From Mobula hypostoma (Eukaryota): a stretch of DNA of 64,000 bases. Location: the NCBI RefSeq assembly GCF_963921235.1, contig NC_086097.1, positions 185,320,001 to 185,384,000 of the forward strand. Direction: 5' to 3'. The position numbers and the translations under genes were made by a program. Below are positions 63,092 to 64,000 of the stretch, piece by piece (positions within the stretch are counted from its first letter, which is position 1; each line of letters begins with the position of its first letter). Under the pieces are notes generated by a model. The model was not told where the DNA came from. It made no database searches and saw only the letters and a program-made list of their open reading frames with translations.

Positions 63092-63439
63092 AAAATCAGA
63101 AATGTATATTGAAATAAAAACCTACCTAATGAAAGAATGGGCTTGTGATAGGTGTCATAATTGTACCTGGCATAAAACGGAGTTCAGATATAAATTGTAG
63201 AGACTGTCAACTCAGAACCTAACAGAAAAACCCCTAGTCTCCAGGGACTGTACAAGAAGTCTCATTCATCTGACCTCCAGAAGATTCCCAGTGGTCAGGC
63301 ACTGATTGTCACATGCACTGTATCTAGATATCGATTCTCCATGACTCCATAGGCCTTTTGGGTGCAATTGCATTTGGACATTAGTGTCTTCTTGAAATCA
63401 CAAATAGTTTGACTGAGCCTAATTTAAGTGAAAGCACTC

Positions 63440-63795
63440 CTCATCATCCAAGCCATAAGTTGTTTGTCCATCGTCATCGATGAAGACCTCGACACCATTT
63501 GATGGTGTCAAGCGCTTGATTTGGATTTAAGTGAGGGAGAGATGCGCACCGTCAGCCTCACTCTCTCTTCCCAATTCCCATCTGGATCCAGTGGCAAGAC
63601 AAGAGTCGAGATGACTGGAGATGGGACTTGGCGCAGTGGATGACCAGGACATCTTCTGTGTCATGTTGTGCTCTACACGTTCCACAGCGCTTACAGAGAC
63701 CACCTTCTTGACCGTTGGACCTTCCATTGGTCTCATCCTCTCAATCTGCCGGAGTCTGTCTTCACATGCTGGGATAGACTTGTCTATCCCAGCAA
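63440..63795 (-). mobile_element. Probable RTE-derived non-autonomous repeat
   Basis: Minus strand GGTCATCCACTGC...TTGCCACTGGA and a CGATGGAC...GATGATG-type end resemble RTE termini; no coding motif. Confidence 0.45.
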
Positions 63796-63939
63796 TCCAT
63801 AAGTACTGACCTCGACAATAACAAAACTATTGTTCCATCTTCCACAACAGTTGTTTTTGCAGTCTGTTAATGCGCAACTGATCTTTTTTCAGTGAGACTT
63901 CTGTACTTGTTATGTATTTTACCAAAAGCAGGAGATTTG

Positions 63940-64000
63940 TATCAAGCTTCAAATTCCTTGGTGTCCACATTTCCGAGGATCTCACCTGGTCCCTGAACTC
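63940..64000 (+). mobile_element. Start of another Rex1/Babar fragment (runs off the window)
   Basis: SFKFLGVHISEDLTWSLN; nearly the reverse complement of 57847-57905. Confidence 0.85.

Overview
This is eukaryotic (vertebrate) DNA dominated by transposable elements, not prokaryotic sequence. The mix of CR1/L2-type LINEs with an esterase ORF1, Rex1/Babar, RTE, L1, Penelope-like elements (PLEs), Gypsy LTR elements and tRNA-derived HE1-like SINEs is typical of a cartilaginous fish; that assignment is inference. I find no supportable host protein-coding gene, rRNA, tRNA or CRISPR array, and nearly every ORF in the track is a TE fragment or its antisense shadow. Highlights: (1) a family of TSD-flanked, inverted-repeat Penelope-like insertions whose repeats carry a minimal type-I hammerhead ribozyme core (CAGTC-CTGAYGA-AGGGTCTCGGCCC-GAAA-CGTC-GACTG), with about 9 copies; (2) a local duplication about 16 kb apart (13.7-14.65 kb vs 29.7-30.5 kb), partly inverted, with a 191-bp core at 185/191 identity inside much more diverged flanks, suggesting gene conversion; (3) a Tc1-like MITE with hairpin-shaped TIRs that holds a twin-primed L1 and a solo LTR; (4) two Gypsy elements fused tail-to-tail, one with a tandemly duplicated PBS; (5) several nested insertions resolved by TSDs. 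Coordinates and identities were counted by eye, and family names rest on motif recognition, not database searches.
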